This document shows positions 43,360 to 52,956 of a stretch of 64,000 nucleotides of DNA, in pieces; position 1 is the stretch's first letter, and each line of letters begins with the position of its first letter. The position numbers and the translations under genes are program-made. The stretch comes from Methanomassiliicoccaceae archaeon. GTDB taxonomy: Archaea; Thermoplasmatota; Thermoplasmata; Methanomassiliicoccales; Methanomassiliicoccaceae. The DNA lies in the NCBI GenBank assembly GCA_963728405.1, contig CAVSJV010000017.1:32001-96000 (forward strand). Direction: 5' to 3'. The notes below the pieces were generated by a model. The model was not told where the DNA came from. It did not search any database and saw only the letters and a list, made by a program, of their open reading frames with translations.

Positions 43360-44376
43360 TCACTTGTTGATGCCCAGGGTGCGGTCGGTCTTCTGGATGG
43401 ACCGCATGGCGTCCGGCTCTAGCTTCATCATCGCCCGTATGCAGTCGACGCTCTCGGGGACGACGTCGCTCTCCTGGTGGATACCCTGGTAATAGTACAG
43501 AGTATTGCCGATGACCTTGACCCCGTCCTGCCAGACCACGATCTCCATGAAGTCACCGCGCTCGCGCTTCAGGTCCTTGGCCAGTTCGAGGATCTGAGCG
43601 GTGGTCTTGACCCCGTGCTTGCCGCTGACGAACTTGACCCTCGGAACATTGTCCCAGACCGCCAGAACATCCTGGTCCTTGGCCTTCTTCCTCAGGTCGG
43701 CCACGATGCAGTGGACATGCATGAGGGTGGTCGGGGCCTTCACCGCCATGGTGGTGATGTTGAGCCAGGGCATGATGGTCTGGACGTCCGGTCCGTGGTG
43801 GGTCGGAAGCTTCAACGACGGCTCGAGCGCGTTGAGGGCCGAGCCCTTTAGGTCCGATGGGTCTGCGCCCCTCCTCACGATGGTGGCAGAGACCCTCTCC
43901 AGCCCGAAGACCTTGTCCAGAGGGTAGAGCGTTCTCACCAGTCCGGTGGTGTTGCATGAGACAACGCGGACGAACTGCGCCCCCCAGGCCTCGTTATAAT
44001 TGGCAAAAGCGTTGAACGATATGCCTGCTAGACCATGGTCCTCTCCTCCCTGGAAGATCGCCTTCACTCCGGCCTTCTCGTACAGAACCTTGTAATCCTC
44101 GGCCACCCCGCCGGGAGTGGCATCCACCATGATGTCGACATTCTTCAGCAGGTCGTCGATGGTGCCCTCGACCTTGATGCCGTCCTTCTCGAAGGCCGTC
44201 ACCTGTTCGGTGTTGGCCGTGTAAAGAGGAAAACCCTCCATCCCCGCCAACCTAGCCTCATAGGATGGTCTGGTCTTGGTGACCCCCACGATCTCCATGT
44301 CGTCCTGGGCCTTGATCGCGCAGGCGACCCTCTTGCCGATGGTACCGTAACCGTTGATGCCAACTCTGACCTTCAT
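43360..44376 (-). CDS. gap: Archaeal type II glyceraldehyde-3-phosphate dehydrogenase
   Basis: GYGTIGKRVA, IFQGGE, VVSCNTTGL, HHGPD, IHQES. Confidence 0.95.
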   Translation of the reverse strand: MKVRVGINGYGTIGKRVACAIKAQDDMEIVGVTKTRPSYEARLAGMEGFPLYTANTEQVTAFEKDGIKVEGTIDDLLKNVDIMVDATPGGVAEDYKVLYEKAGVKAIFQGGEDHGLAGISFNAFANYNEAWGAQFVRVVSCNTTGLVRTLYPLDKVFGLERVSATIVRRGADPSDLKGSALNALEPSLKLPTHHGPDVQTIMPWLNITTMAVKAPTTLMHVHCIVADLRKKAKDQDVLAVWDNVPRVKFVSGKHGVKTTAQILELAKDLKRERGDFMEIVVWQDGVKVIGNTLYYYQGIHQESDVVPESVDCIRAMMKLEPDAMRSIQKTDRTLGINK

Positions 44377-44569
44377 GCTGTGGTCTCCGTCGAACCTGTC
44401 AATGTCATTGATTCATTATGTGCCTTGTGGTTAGCTACCACAGGGTCACGTGGACGGGATGCCGAAGTGACATAAAGAGATGTAGGACGTTGTCCTCGGT
44501 TCCAGCATTATGAGCGGAAAGATATCACTGCCACATGATAACACGTGTAATGTCAGGACCTCGCAATAC

Positions 44570-44577
44570 TTTATATA
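44570..44577 (+). promoter_or_regulatory. TATA box of the ilv operon
   Basis: TTTATATA about 25 nt before the leader ORF ATG, implying a nearly leaderless transcript. Confidence 0.65.
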
Positions 44578-44601
44578 CATTCTCTATTATTTGGGAGACC
44601 A

Positions 44602-44673
44602 ATGCCTAGCGGTGCCACTAAAAGCTCCATCGTTTCTTCCGTTTTGAGCGTAGTGGTAGTATTGATTAGGTAG
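44602..44673 (+). CDS. Putative ilv operon leader peptide MPSGATKSSIVSSVLSVVVVLIR
   Basis: 23 codons; 10 of the last 14 residues are Ile/Val/Leu. Sits between the TATA box and ilvB and is followed by a hairpin. Confidence 0.7.
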   Translation: MPSGATKSSIVSSVLSVVVVLIR

Positions 44674-44699
44674 AGGCATCCAGCCGTTTGGGTGTCCTC
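44673..44699 (+). promoter_or_regulatory. Leader hairpin (putative attenuator switch)
   Basis: GAGGCATCCAG-CCGT-TTGGGTG(T)CCTC: 11 bp including two G-U pairs and one bulge, starting at the leader stop codon. Confidence 0.55.
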
Positions 44700-44721
44700 A
44701 CACATTGTAAAGGGTGATTAG

Positions 44722-46392
44722 TTGAGAGGTTCTAAAGCAGTTCTCACATTACTGGAAAATGAAGGGGTCGAGGTCATGTTCGGGTACCCGGGGGGTTCTA
44801 CCCTCACGCTGTACGATGATCTGCTGACCTCAGATATACGGCACGTGCTGGTCCGCCACGAACAGTGCGCGGCCCACATGGCCGATGGATATGCCCGAGC
44901 GACCGGCAAGATCGGGGTGTGCACCTCGACCTCCGGACCGGGCTCCACCAACCTGGTGACCGGGGTCGCCACCGCCTATGTCGATTCATCGCCCATGCTC
45001 GTCCTCACTGGACAGGTCACCACCAGCGCGATAGGCAACCAGGCTTTCCAGGAGGCTGACTCGTTCTCGCTGATGATGCCCATCACCAAGCATAACTTCC
45101 GTGTTCTTACTCCCGGCGAGATCCCAGAGGCCATCAAGAGGGGTGTGGCCATAGCCAACAGCGGACGGAAGGGGCCGGTCCACATCGACCTACCATCGGA
45201 CGTCCAGAAGGCCGAGGTCCCCGAGTCGGAGATGGTCAAGGAATTCCCGTCCCCACCATCCCTGGAGGACTTCTCCAATCTCCCCGAGGCCATCAAGGTG
45301 CTCAAGGGCGCTGAGAGGCCGCTGCTCCTGGTGGGCGGAGGGGTCATCTGGGCCAACGCCAGCCAGGAGGTTGTCAGACTGGCAGAGATGCTCATGGCGC
45401 CGGTCACCACGACCATCATGGCCAAGGGGGTCATCCCCGAGAACCATCCGCTCTCCCTGGGAATCATCGGCATGCATGGAAAGGAGTCGGCCCGCAAGGC
45501 GTTCCTGGAAGCGGACGTCATCCTAGCGGTCGGCACGCGCTTCTCCGACCGCAGTTCCGGCGCGCAATCCGAGCTGCCCATGTCCACGAAGATCATTCAC
45601 GTCGACATCGATCCCGGTGAAGCGGGCAAGTCCGCCCGCACCCAAGTGCGCATGGTCGGTGACGCCAAGAAGGCGCTACAGCTCATCATAGAGGGCCTTT
45701 ACGCTACCAAAGGCGAGACCGCCTGGTCCCTACGCATCAAGGAGATTCTGAAGAACTGCGACTGTGACATTGATATCTCTTCGTCGCCGGTCCTTCCGCA
45801 GTTCGCCATCTGCGAGCTGAACCGCTCCCTGCCGAAGGATGCTATCGTCTGCACCGAGGTCGGGCAGAATCAGATGTGGGCGGCCCACTTCTTCAAGGCC
45901 CGCTACCCGCGGCAGTTCATCACCTCCGGCGGGTTCGGCACGATGGGATTCGGATTCCCTGCATCGCTCGGGGCTAAGACCGCCTTCCCCAACAAGGCGG
46001 TCATCGATATCGCCGGCGACGGCAGCATCCAGATGGTCTCCCATGAGTTCGCCACGGCCGTCTCCGAGAACCTGCCGGTCGTGGTCTGCGTCTTCAACAA
46101 TGGATGGCTCGGGATGGTCAAGCAGTGGCAGAAGCTGTTCAACCAGTCCCGGTACAGCGGCACAGAACTGCGCAACAACCCAGACTTCGTCAAGCTCGCC
46201 CAAGCCTACGGCGCGGACGGGCTGCATGTCGAGCGCTCCTCGGAGCTGAGAGAAGCGCTACATACCGGCCTCAATGCAGGAGTGCCGTTCCTTTTAGATA
46301 TCCACATGGACCCCGAGGAGGACGTCCTCCCGATGATCCCCCCGGGCGCAAACCCCAACACAGTCATAAGAGGTAGGTGCACATGGAAGTGA
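44722..46392 (+). CDS. ilvB: Acetolactate synthase large subunit
   Basis: FGYPGG, RHEQ, TSGPG, FQE, GTMGFG, GDGS...NN ThDP motif. TTG start after GGGTGA. Confidence 0.95.
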   Translation: MRGSKAVLTLLENEGVEVMFGYPGGSTLTLYDDLLTSDIRHVLVRHEQCAAHMADGYARATGKIGVCTSTSGPGSTNLVTGVATAYVDSSPMLVLTGQVTTSAIGNQAFQEADSFSLMMPITKHNFRVLTPGEIPEAIKRGVAIANSGRKGPVHIDLPSDVQKAEVPESEMVKEFPSPPSLEDFSNLPEAIKVLKGAERPLLLVGGGVIWANASQEVVRLAEMLMAPVTTTIMAKGVIPENHPLSLGIIGMHGKESARKAFLEADVILAVGTRFSDRSSGAQSELPMSTKIIHVDIDPGEAGKSARTQVRMVGDAKKALQLIIEGLYATKGETAWSLRIKEILKNCDCDIDISSSPVLPQFAICELNRSLPKDAIVCTEVGQNQMWAAHFFKARYPRQFITSGGFGTMGFGFPASLGAKTAFPNKAVIDIAGDGSIQMVSHEFATAVSENLPVVVCVFNNGWLGMVKQWQKLFNQSRYSGTELRNNPDFVKLAQAYGADGLHVERSSELREALHTGLNAGVPFLLDIHMDPEEDVLPMIPPGANPNTVIRGRCTWK

Positions 46393-46751
46393 TAAAGATA
46401 GTCGGAAACGACTCACAGGGCCTGTTCCAGAGGGTCCTGGTGGAGCTCGGAAGAAGGAAGATAAACATTGAGAAGTCGTTCATGGCTCGGAACAAGGGTC
46501 TGATCACCATCATCGTGGAAGCGAACACCGGCAACATGAACGGACGACTACTGCACGCCCTCATGGCGCTACACGATGTGAACACGGCAGAATATCTCAC
46601 CGAGGACTACTTCTGCTTCTGGGAATCGTCCCCCAGCAAGGGCTCCGATTTCATCATCGCCTGTGGTGCCGATAAGGATGCTGGCGAGATGCGCCGGACG
46701 GCCGAACAATGCTTATACAGGGGCACAGATAACAGCGAGAAAAACTCGTAG
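46383..46751 (+). CDS. Divergent ACT-domain acetolactate synthase regulatory subunit
   Basis: Lies between ilvB and ilvC; ACT-like GLFQRVLVELGRRKINIE. Confidence 0.6.
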   Translation: MEVIKIVGNDSQGLFQRVLVELGRRKINIEKSFMARNKGLITIIVEANTGNMNGRLLHALMALHDVNTAEYLTEDYFCFWESSPSKGSDFIIACGADKDAGEMRRTAEQCLYRGTDNSEKNS

Positions 46752-46762
46752 GAGCCGGTAAC

Positions 46763-47755
46763 ATGGTTACTAAGATCTATCACGATTCCGACGCTGACTT
46801 GGACATATTGAAGGGCAAGAAGATCGCCGTCATCGGCTATGGGAACCAGGGCCGCGCCCAGGCGCTGTGCCTGCACGACTCCGGCCTCAACGTTACCGTA
46901 GGCGCTCGGAAAGGCGGGGAATCCTGGGACATGGCTCAGGCCGATGGCCTGAAGGTCGCCGAGATCCCCGAGGCGGTCAAGGGCGCGGACGTGGTCATGA
47001 TCCTGCTGCCGGACGAGGTCCAGCCCCGGGTGTACAAGGAGCAGATCGCTCCCCACCTGAAGGAAGGCGCTGCCCTGGAGTTCGCTCATGGGTTCGCTAT
47101 CACTTTCAAGCTCATCGCCCCGCCCAAGGACACCGACGTTATCATGGTCGCTCCCAAGTCCCCCGGCCGCATGGTTCGGCAGACCTATCTGGAAGGGTTC
47201 GGGGTGCCGTCGCTCATAGCCGTGGAAAAGGATGCGTCCGGCAAGGCCAAGAAGATCGCCCTGGCATTGGCCAAGGGACTGGGCTCTACCAAGGCCGGCG
47301 TGCTGGAGACCGACTTCCGTGAGGAGGCGACCTCCGATCTGTTCGGCGAGCAGGCCGTGCTGTGCGGCGGAGTGACCGCGCTGATCGAGGCCGGGTTCGA
47401 TACCCTGATTAAGGCAGGCTACAAGCCAGAGATCGCCTATTTCGAGGTACTGCACGAGCTGAAGCTCATCGTCGACCTCATCCAGGCCGGCGGCATGATG
47501 CACATGTGGGACTCCGTTTCCAACACCGCCGAGTACGGCGGGCTGACCCGCCGGGACATGGTCATCAACGAGGACTCCAAGAAGGCCATGAAGAAGATCC
47601 TCGACGATATCAACTCCGGCAAGTTCGCCGAGGAGTGGACCAAGGAGTGGACCGTCGACCTGGCCAACATGAAGAAGCTCGAGAAGGAGGAGTCGGAGAA
47701 GCAGGTCGAGAAGGTCGGCAAGGAGATCCGCTGCCTCTTCGAGCGCAAGTGCTAA
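46763..47755 (+). CDS. ilvC: Ketol-acid reductoisomerase
   Basis: GYGNQG, LLPDE, AHGF, APKSPG, DLFGEQ, SNTAEYG. Confidence 0.96.
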   Translation: MVTKIYHDSDADLDILKGKKIAVIGYGNQGRAQALCLHDSGLNVTVGARKGGESWDMAQADGLKVAEIPEAVKGADVVMILLPDEVQPRVYKEQIAPHLKEGAALEFAHGFAITFKLIAPPKDTDVIMVAPKSPGRMVRQTYLEGFGVPSLIAVEKDASGKAKKIALALAKGLGSTKAGVLETDFREEATSDLFGEQAVLCGGVTALIEAGFDTLIKAGYKPEIAYFEVLHELKLIVDLIQAGGMMHMWDSVSNTAEYGGLTRRDMVINEDSKKAMKKILDDINSGKFAEEWTKEWTVDLANMKKLEKEESEKQVEKVGKEIRCLFERKC

Positions 47756-47795
47756 ACCCCTTCCCTACCTCAATCTTTTCATTTTATTCTTTTCA
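47756..47795 (+). terminator. T-rich terminator after ilvC
   Basis: CTTTTCATTTTATTCTTTTC. Confidence 0.45.
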
Positions 47796-47952
47796 AGCGG
47801 AAATAGCCAGAGGGGGCGAGATCTCGAAACGCGCCCCTGACCTTTGGTCCTGATCGCACGGATCCTCATTTCAGTAAGGTTCCTGACATTGGTTGTTCCT
47901 CCCGATGGCGGAAAAGGATAACTAGGGGCCGGTCGTTCAATCAGACGAGAGC

Positions 47953-48324
47953 ATGGGCAACCGCATTCTCCTTCTCATCGGCCAGTACGACTTCGAGGTA
48001 GATCTCAATGATTCGGACACGGCCAATGCCATATGGCTGGCCGCTCCGTTCGAGGCCTACACCAATGCCTGGGGTGAGGAGATATACTTCGAGATCCCGG
48101 TGAACACCAAGCTGGAGAACGGCCGCAAGGTCCTGGAGCCGGGCGAAGTAGCGTACTGGCCCAGCGGCAAGGCGCTGTGCATCTTCTTCGGACCTACACC
48201 CATAAGCAAGGGAGCGGAGGCCGAGGCCATCTCCGATGTCTCCCCGGTCGGCCGTTTGGTGGGCGACCCGCGCCGGTTCGAGGCAGTAGGCGACCGGCTC
48301 AAGGTGCTGGTACGCCGGGCGTGA
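47953..48324 (+). CDS. Cyclophilin-like fold protein (DUF369)
   Basis: WGEEIYF and GEVAYWPSGKALCIFFGPTP. Confidence 0.85.
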   Translation: MGNRILLLIGQYDFEVDLNDSDTANAIWLAAPFEAYTNAWGEEIYFEIPVNTKLENGRKVLEPGEVAYWPSGKALCIFFGPTPISKGAEAEAISDVSPVGRLVGDPRRFEAVGDRLKVLVRRA

Positions 48325-48335
48325 CGGTGAACATT

Positions 48336-48858
48336 ATGGAACCTGTGTCGTTTCTATCCTTCTTGCTACCTCTGCTGCCCTCGAAAAAGGAGAGCGGTCT
48401 GGTCAATAAGAACGACCACGTCATCTTTTCAGTGACCGGGACGATCGGCGAGAAGAAGGTGCAGGGCGCGCTGGGCCTGCGGTTCGTGGCCGTGAAGGAC
48501 CTGGAGCTGATGGTCGAGGTCATGCCCAAGAGCGTGCCGTTCATGAACCGCGCCCGCCTGACCTTTCCCTGGAACGGTAGTGAGCTTTCAGACCTCGGGG
48601 GCATCATCGCCGGCTGGTCCGTTCTCCACGAGGGCGAGCGGCTGGGAAAGGAGGTCATCTCCACTCCCTTCGGACCGCGGGAGGTAGAGCACTACATGCG
48701 CATCGAGCAGCTGGAGAACGGCACCCTGAAGAGCGACCAATTTGTCGATCCGGTGCACCACCTGCCCTACGGCGCGAGGATGTCCGGCAAGAGCGGGGAC
48801 AGTCCTGTTCGGCATCATCGAGACCAGCCTGGGCTGGGTCAAGGAGAGCAAGACCTAG
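48336..48858 (+). CDS. Hypothetical protein; frameshift near 48800
   Basis: Codon-typical ORF with EVISTPFG; LFGIIETSLGWV continues in another frame. Confidence 0.55.
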
Positions 48859-48876
48859 GATGGCTCGTCCCTCGGC

Positions 48877-50235
48877 CTACTTACTACCAACCACCTCGAA
48901 GCCGTCGAACGCCATGGTCGGGATGATCATCGAACCGACCGTTACCGCATCGGCGCCGACCTCTCGGACGTTCTTCAGGCCCTCGTACATGTTCCCGACC
49001 ACCAGGGCGTGCTTGATATGCCCGACGATCGAGCCGCCCTTGATCACGTGGGCCAGGCGGGCCTCCAGGGCGAACGCCCCCGAGAACGGGTTGACCGTGG
49101 GGTAGGCGAACTTCTCGACCAGGACACCTTCGTCCAGGGAGGAGATCATCTGCTCACGGGACCGGGTTCCGGGCTTTACCACCAGGTTCAAGTGGCCGCA
49201 TCCTAAGGGGCTCTGGAACAAGTACTGGGCGTCGGTGGCCCTTCGGCGCATGCCGTTGCCTGAAAGGGGCCGGGAGGCGATAGCAGCGTTATAGCTGTCG
49301 TACAAGAAGTTCCTCAGCACACCGTTGTCCACCACCGGTTTTACGCTAGCGGGGACGCCCTCGTCATCATAGGCCGCCGATAGAACGCCTCTCGGATCGG
49401 AGGGATCGTCCATCAGGGTGAGCTTTTCCGACGCGACCTGCTTTCCTTCCATGCTGCCCCAGGGGCTGCGCTTCTTATTGACGCTCTCCGCACTTAGAGC
49501 GAACCCGGCAGAGTCGTTGAGCATCTCGCCTAGCTCGCCGGGTGTGATGAGCACGGGGACATTTAGCTTACCGTCCAGGGAACGGGCCTCCCGAGCGTCC
49601 TTGGCCTGACGGGCCAGGCTCTCTCCGATGAACGACGGATCAAAACCTTTCAGCCATGGCGAGCTGTAGTTGCAGATGCCCTCGCCGGGGGATGGTCCCT
49701 CGGCCATGGCGTTGAGGTCGGCGAACACTAGCGTGCTGCGGTGGGTGACCTCCAGATCGTTGGTGTTCATGACCGTCGATTCGATGGCGGCCGTCCGAAG
49801 CATGGCCTTGGGCACCTTGGCCCCATGGTCCAGGGCCACCGCCACCACTGCCTTCATGAGTTCGGCTAGGGCCACCGGATCGGTCGAGGCGACCTGCTCA
49901 TCCCAGTTGCTGACGGAAATTTTCGCCTTGGACGGGGAGGGAAGACGTTCATAGTTGCGGGTCTGCGGAGAGCGTTCCGCCAACATTGAGGCGGAGCGGG
50001 CGCAGGCCTCGGCCTCTTCCACCGTCGAGCAGGACGAGGTGGCCTGGGCGAGCTTATGTCCTTTGAGCACTCGCATGGCTATTCCCTGATCGGCCTTCTC
50101 CTCGCTGATCTTGATGCGGCTGTCGTCCACGTACACGATCCTGGTGACCGCACTGACGGCGAACGCCTCGGCCTGGGAGGCGCCCTCCCGCTTGGCGGTG
50201 GCTAAAGCCTTTCGAGCCAATGCCCTGATGTCCAT
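48877..50235 (-). CDS. pmbA: TldE/PmbA family protein
   Basis: DDP, YDDEG, GNG; no HExxH; adjacent to tldD. Confidence 0.88.
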   Translation of the reverse strand: MDIRALARKALATAKREGASQAEAFAVSAVTRIVYVDDSRIKISEEKADQGIAMRVLKGHKLAQATSSCSTVEEAEACARSASMLAERSPQTRNYERLPSPSKAKISVSNWDEQVASTDPVALAELMKAVVAVALDHGAKVPKAMLRTAAIESTVMNTNDLEVTHRSTLVFADLNAMAEGPSPGEGICNYSSPWLKGFDPSFIGESLARQAKDAREARSLDGKLNVPVLITPGELGEMLNDSAGFALSAESVNKKRSPWGSMEGKQVASEKLTLMDDPSDPRGVLSAAYDDEGVPASVKPVVDNGVLRNFLYDSYNAAIASRPLSGNGMRRRATDAQYLFQSPLGCGHLNLVVKPGTRSREQMISSLDEGVLVEKFAYPTVNPFSGAFALEARLAHVIKGGSIVGHIKHALVVGNMYEGLKNVREVGADAVTVGSMIIPTMAFDGFEVVGSK

Positions 50236-51612
50236 TCAATCACCCCCGGCGATGATCTTGGAACGACAATACGGACCGCCCGATGTGACCGGTACGTAGT
50301 CCTCCGAGCCCTTGCCGCACTGCCCAGCGTCCAACGAGAGCTTGTTGCCCACCGCATCGGTCGTCTTGAGAATGTCCAGAGCCTTGCCGGTAAGAGTTAT
50401 CGCGCGCAGCGGCTTGGTGATCTTGCCGTTCTCGATAAGGAAGCCGCGATGAGCCTTGGCCTCGAACCCTCCTCCCACGGGGTCCTCCATGCCGTTCACG
50501 AACTTGTCGGTCAGGATGCCGAACTTGACGTCCTCAAGCATCTCCTCCAGCTTCCAGTCGCCCGCCTCGAAGAAAGTGTTGGTCATGCGGACCCACATGC
50601 GCCGGCCGAAATCCTGAGCTCGGCCGTTGCCGGTCGATGGGACGCCCATCTCCGCCCCGGTCTCCAGGTTCTGCATGTATCCGGTGTACACGCCGTCCTT
50701 GATGATGACCGTCCTCGAGGTGGGGGTGCCCTCGTCGTCGAACTGCAAGGAGCCGTACGCGCCCTCCACCTTGCCGTCGTCGATCATGGTGATCTGCTCG
50801 TTGGCTACGACCTTGCCCACCTGCCCGCAGAGGAACGAACGGTTCTTGACGACCTCGTCCGCTTCCGATGCGTGGCCCATGACCTCATGGGCCAGCAACC
50901 CGGTGATCTCCGGGTCGGTGATGCAGGTGACCAGCCCCGAGGGAGGTTTGATCGCGCCCAGCTGGACGATGGCCTCCTTGGCCGAGGTTCTCCCCATCTC
51001 GTTAGGGTCCTGCTGCTGGATCAGCTCCATGCCCCTGGTCCCGGCCACTCCCTGCCGGTACGACTCCATGCGCCCGGCGTCCGCGGCGACGGTCTGGGCG
51101 ATCAGCCGGATGCGGCCGTCCTCCCAGCGGAGGTCGGAGCCGAAGGAGTTGACCAACGTGGTGGTCCGCATGCTCTCGACATAGATGGCATTGGTATTGA
51201 CGATCTTGTCCGAGATACGCTGCGCCTCGTCCAGGTCCCTGACCAGGGCCAGCTTTTCTTCCACCGGGATGGAGGATGGCAGGATACGCATCTTCGCCTT
51301 GTGCTCACCGGTGTGCGCTGGCTGCTCCAGGATCGCTCGTCCTTGTCCGCTGCCGTTCCGGGCGGACCGGACCGCCTGCCTGGCCATCTCGGCGATGGCG
51401 TGGTTGTCGGCCCGCCCGCCGGAGACAAAACCCCATGAGCCCCCCACCCGTGCCCGCAGACCGATGCCGTTCAGGCGGTTGGTGGACAACGTTCTCAGCT
51501 CCTTGTTGGAAACGGATATCAACAGCGCCGAGGTATCCTGGTACCTCGCATCGCAGAACTCTGCGCCCTCGTCCTGCATGATCCTTACCGCTTTCTTCAG
51601 CTCGTCCTGCAT
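50236..51612 (-). CDS. tldD: TldD metalloprotease
   Basis: AHEVMGHASEAD, FDDEG, GNGRA, RMTNT, CGKG. Confidence 0.9.
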   Translation of the reverse strand: MQDELKKAVRIMQDEGAEFCDARYQDTSALLISVSNKELRTLSTNRLNGIGLRARVGGSWGFVSGGRADNHAIAEMARQAVRSARNGSGQGRAILEQPAHTGEHKAKMRILPSSIPVEEKLALVRDLDEAQRISDKIVNTNAIYVESMRTTTLVNSFGSDLRWEDGRIRLIAQTVAADAGRMESYRQGVAGTRGMELIQQQDPNEMGRTSAKEAIVQLGAIKPPSGLVTCITDPEITGLLAHEVMGHASEADEVVKNRSFLCGQVGKVVANEQITMIDDGKVEGAYGSLQFDDEGTPTSRTVIIKDGVYTGYMQNLETGAEMGVPSTGNGRAQDFGRRMWVRMTNTFFEAGDWKLEEMLEDVKFGILTDKFVNGMEDPVGGGFEAKAHRGFLIENGKITKPLRAITLTGKALDILKTTDAVGNKLSLDAGQCGKGSEDYVPVTSGGPYCRSKIIAGGD

Positions 51613-52700
51613 TAGATCACCCTCAATTCCTTCTTCGCCGTGGTGAGCACTTCGCATCCTCCCTTGGTAACGCGAACATCATCCTCGATCCGGACCCCGC
51701 CGACCCCCGGAACGTACACCCCGGGCTCGACGGTCATGATCATGTTCTCCTCCAGAGTAATATCGATGTTCGGCGCCAGCCTCCCCCCATCATGAACGGC
51801 AAGGCCAAGACCGTGCCCGGTGGAGTGGATGAGCGCCCCTTTGAACTCCGTGGAGTCTATATACGAACGGGCCGCGGCGTCGACCGCCGTGCCCTTGACC
51901 CCGACGCGCACCTCCGCGATGGCCCTCCTCTGCGCTTCCAGCACCACCTCGTACATCCGCTTGAAACGTTCATCCACCTTTCCGACAAAGAAGGTCCTGG
52001 TCATGTCCGAACAGTACCGCCGGACCTTGCAGCCAAAGTCGAACAGGGCGGGGTCCCCGTCCTTCAGTCGACGGTCCCCCGGCGAGTAATGCGGCTCCGC
52101 CGAACTGGGACCGAAGGCGGCGATGGTCTCGAACGAGACCGAAGAGGCACCCAGCTTCTGCATGCGGTAGCCGATCTCCGCTCCGGCCTCGTACTCGGTC
52201 ATGCCGATATTTAGGAAATCGGGGATCTGGTCCCCGACCTTGGAAGCAATTCGGCAGGCATCCCGGATGGCCTCGATCTCCTGCATGTCCTTGATCATCC
52301 TGGCCTGGGCCACGGCCCTCTCCACATCGACCAGTCGGGCGGCCGGGGCGCACCTCTCGATCTCCTTGACCCAGTGGTAGGTGATGCCGGAACCGTTGAT
52401 GCCCAGCCGCTTCACTCCCTTCAGCGACCGCTCAAGAATAGCGTTCCTCTCTGCAGCGGTGGCGAAAGGCAGTACCTCGGCCGTGGTGGTGCGGGCGGTC
52501 GTCTCCTCCAACCGGGAGGTGATGAGCTGCATTTTTCCGTCGGGCCAGAGGATGACGGGGCAGTGCTCGAACAGCCCGGAAGTGGCGCCGGTGGCGTAGA
52601 AGAACGATGCGTCGGTGATGGGGTCCTCCTCATTGACGAGCAGTATAGCGTCCACCGGTTCGGTGAGCTTGGAGAAGATGCGAAGGGCTCGTTCGGTCAT
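51612..52700 (-). CDS. Xaa-Pro aminopeptidase (M24 family)
   Basis: PH, DFG, SDMTRT, HSTGHGLGLAVHD, TVEPG, GVRIED. Confidence 0.92.
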   Translation of the reverse strand: MTERALRIFSKLTEPVDAILLVNEEDPITDASFFYATGATSGLFEHCPVILWPDGKMQLITSRLEETTARTTTAEVLPFATAAERNAILERSLKGVKRLGINGSGITYHWVKEIERCAPAARLVDVERAVAQARMIKDMQEIEAIRDACRIASKVGDQIPDFLNIGMTEYEAGAEIGYRMQKLGASSVSFETIAAFGPSSAEPHYSPGDRRLKDGDPALFDFGCKVRRYCSDMTRTFFVGKVDERFKRMYEVVLEAQRRAIAEVRVGVKGTAVDAAARSYIDSTEFKGALIHSTGHGLGLAVHDGGRLAPNIDITLEENMIMTVEPGVYVPGVGGVRIEDDVRVTKGGCEVLTTAKKELRVI

Positions 52701-52956
52701 GGTGATACCTAACTCCAGAAAGTTTACTCGGGCGATAAAACTGCTGTTTGCTTTCGCTCTCGACCGCGCGCTTCCAAATCGACGACATTCTGGGCGGAAG
52801 ATGATGCAAAAGATATCGACCATATAATGGGCGCCGTCATTGTTGCGGAGCCGTGGCTCGTCTCAGGACCATGAAGCATGCAGTTGACAGAAATGATTTT
52901 TTTCCATACTTTCAAATATCACAAAATGTTGTAACTTTTAGAATAAGGTGAATCAC

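Noticed and set aside
48877-52700. tldD/tldE plus aminopeptidase P as a RiPP maturation cluster
   Set aside because: No precursor peptide or modifying enzyme is adjacent, and TldD/E pairs are common archaeal housekeeping genes.
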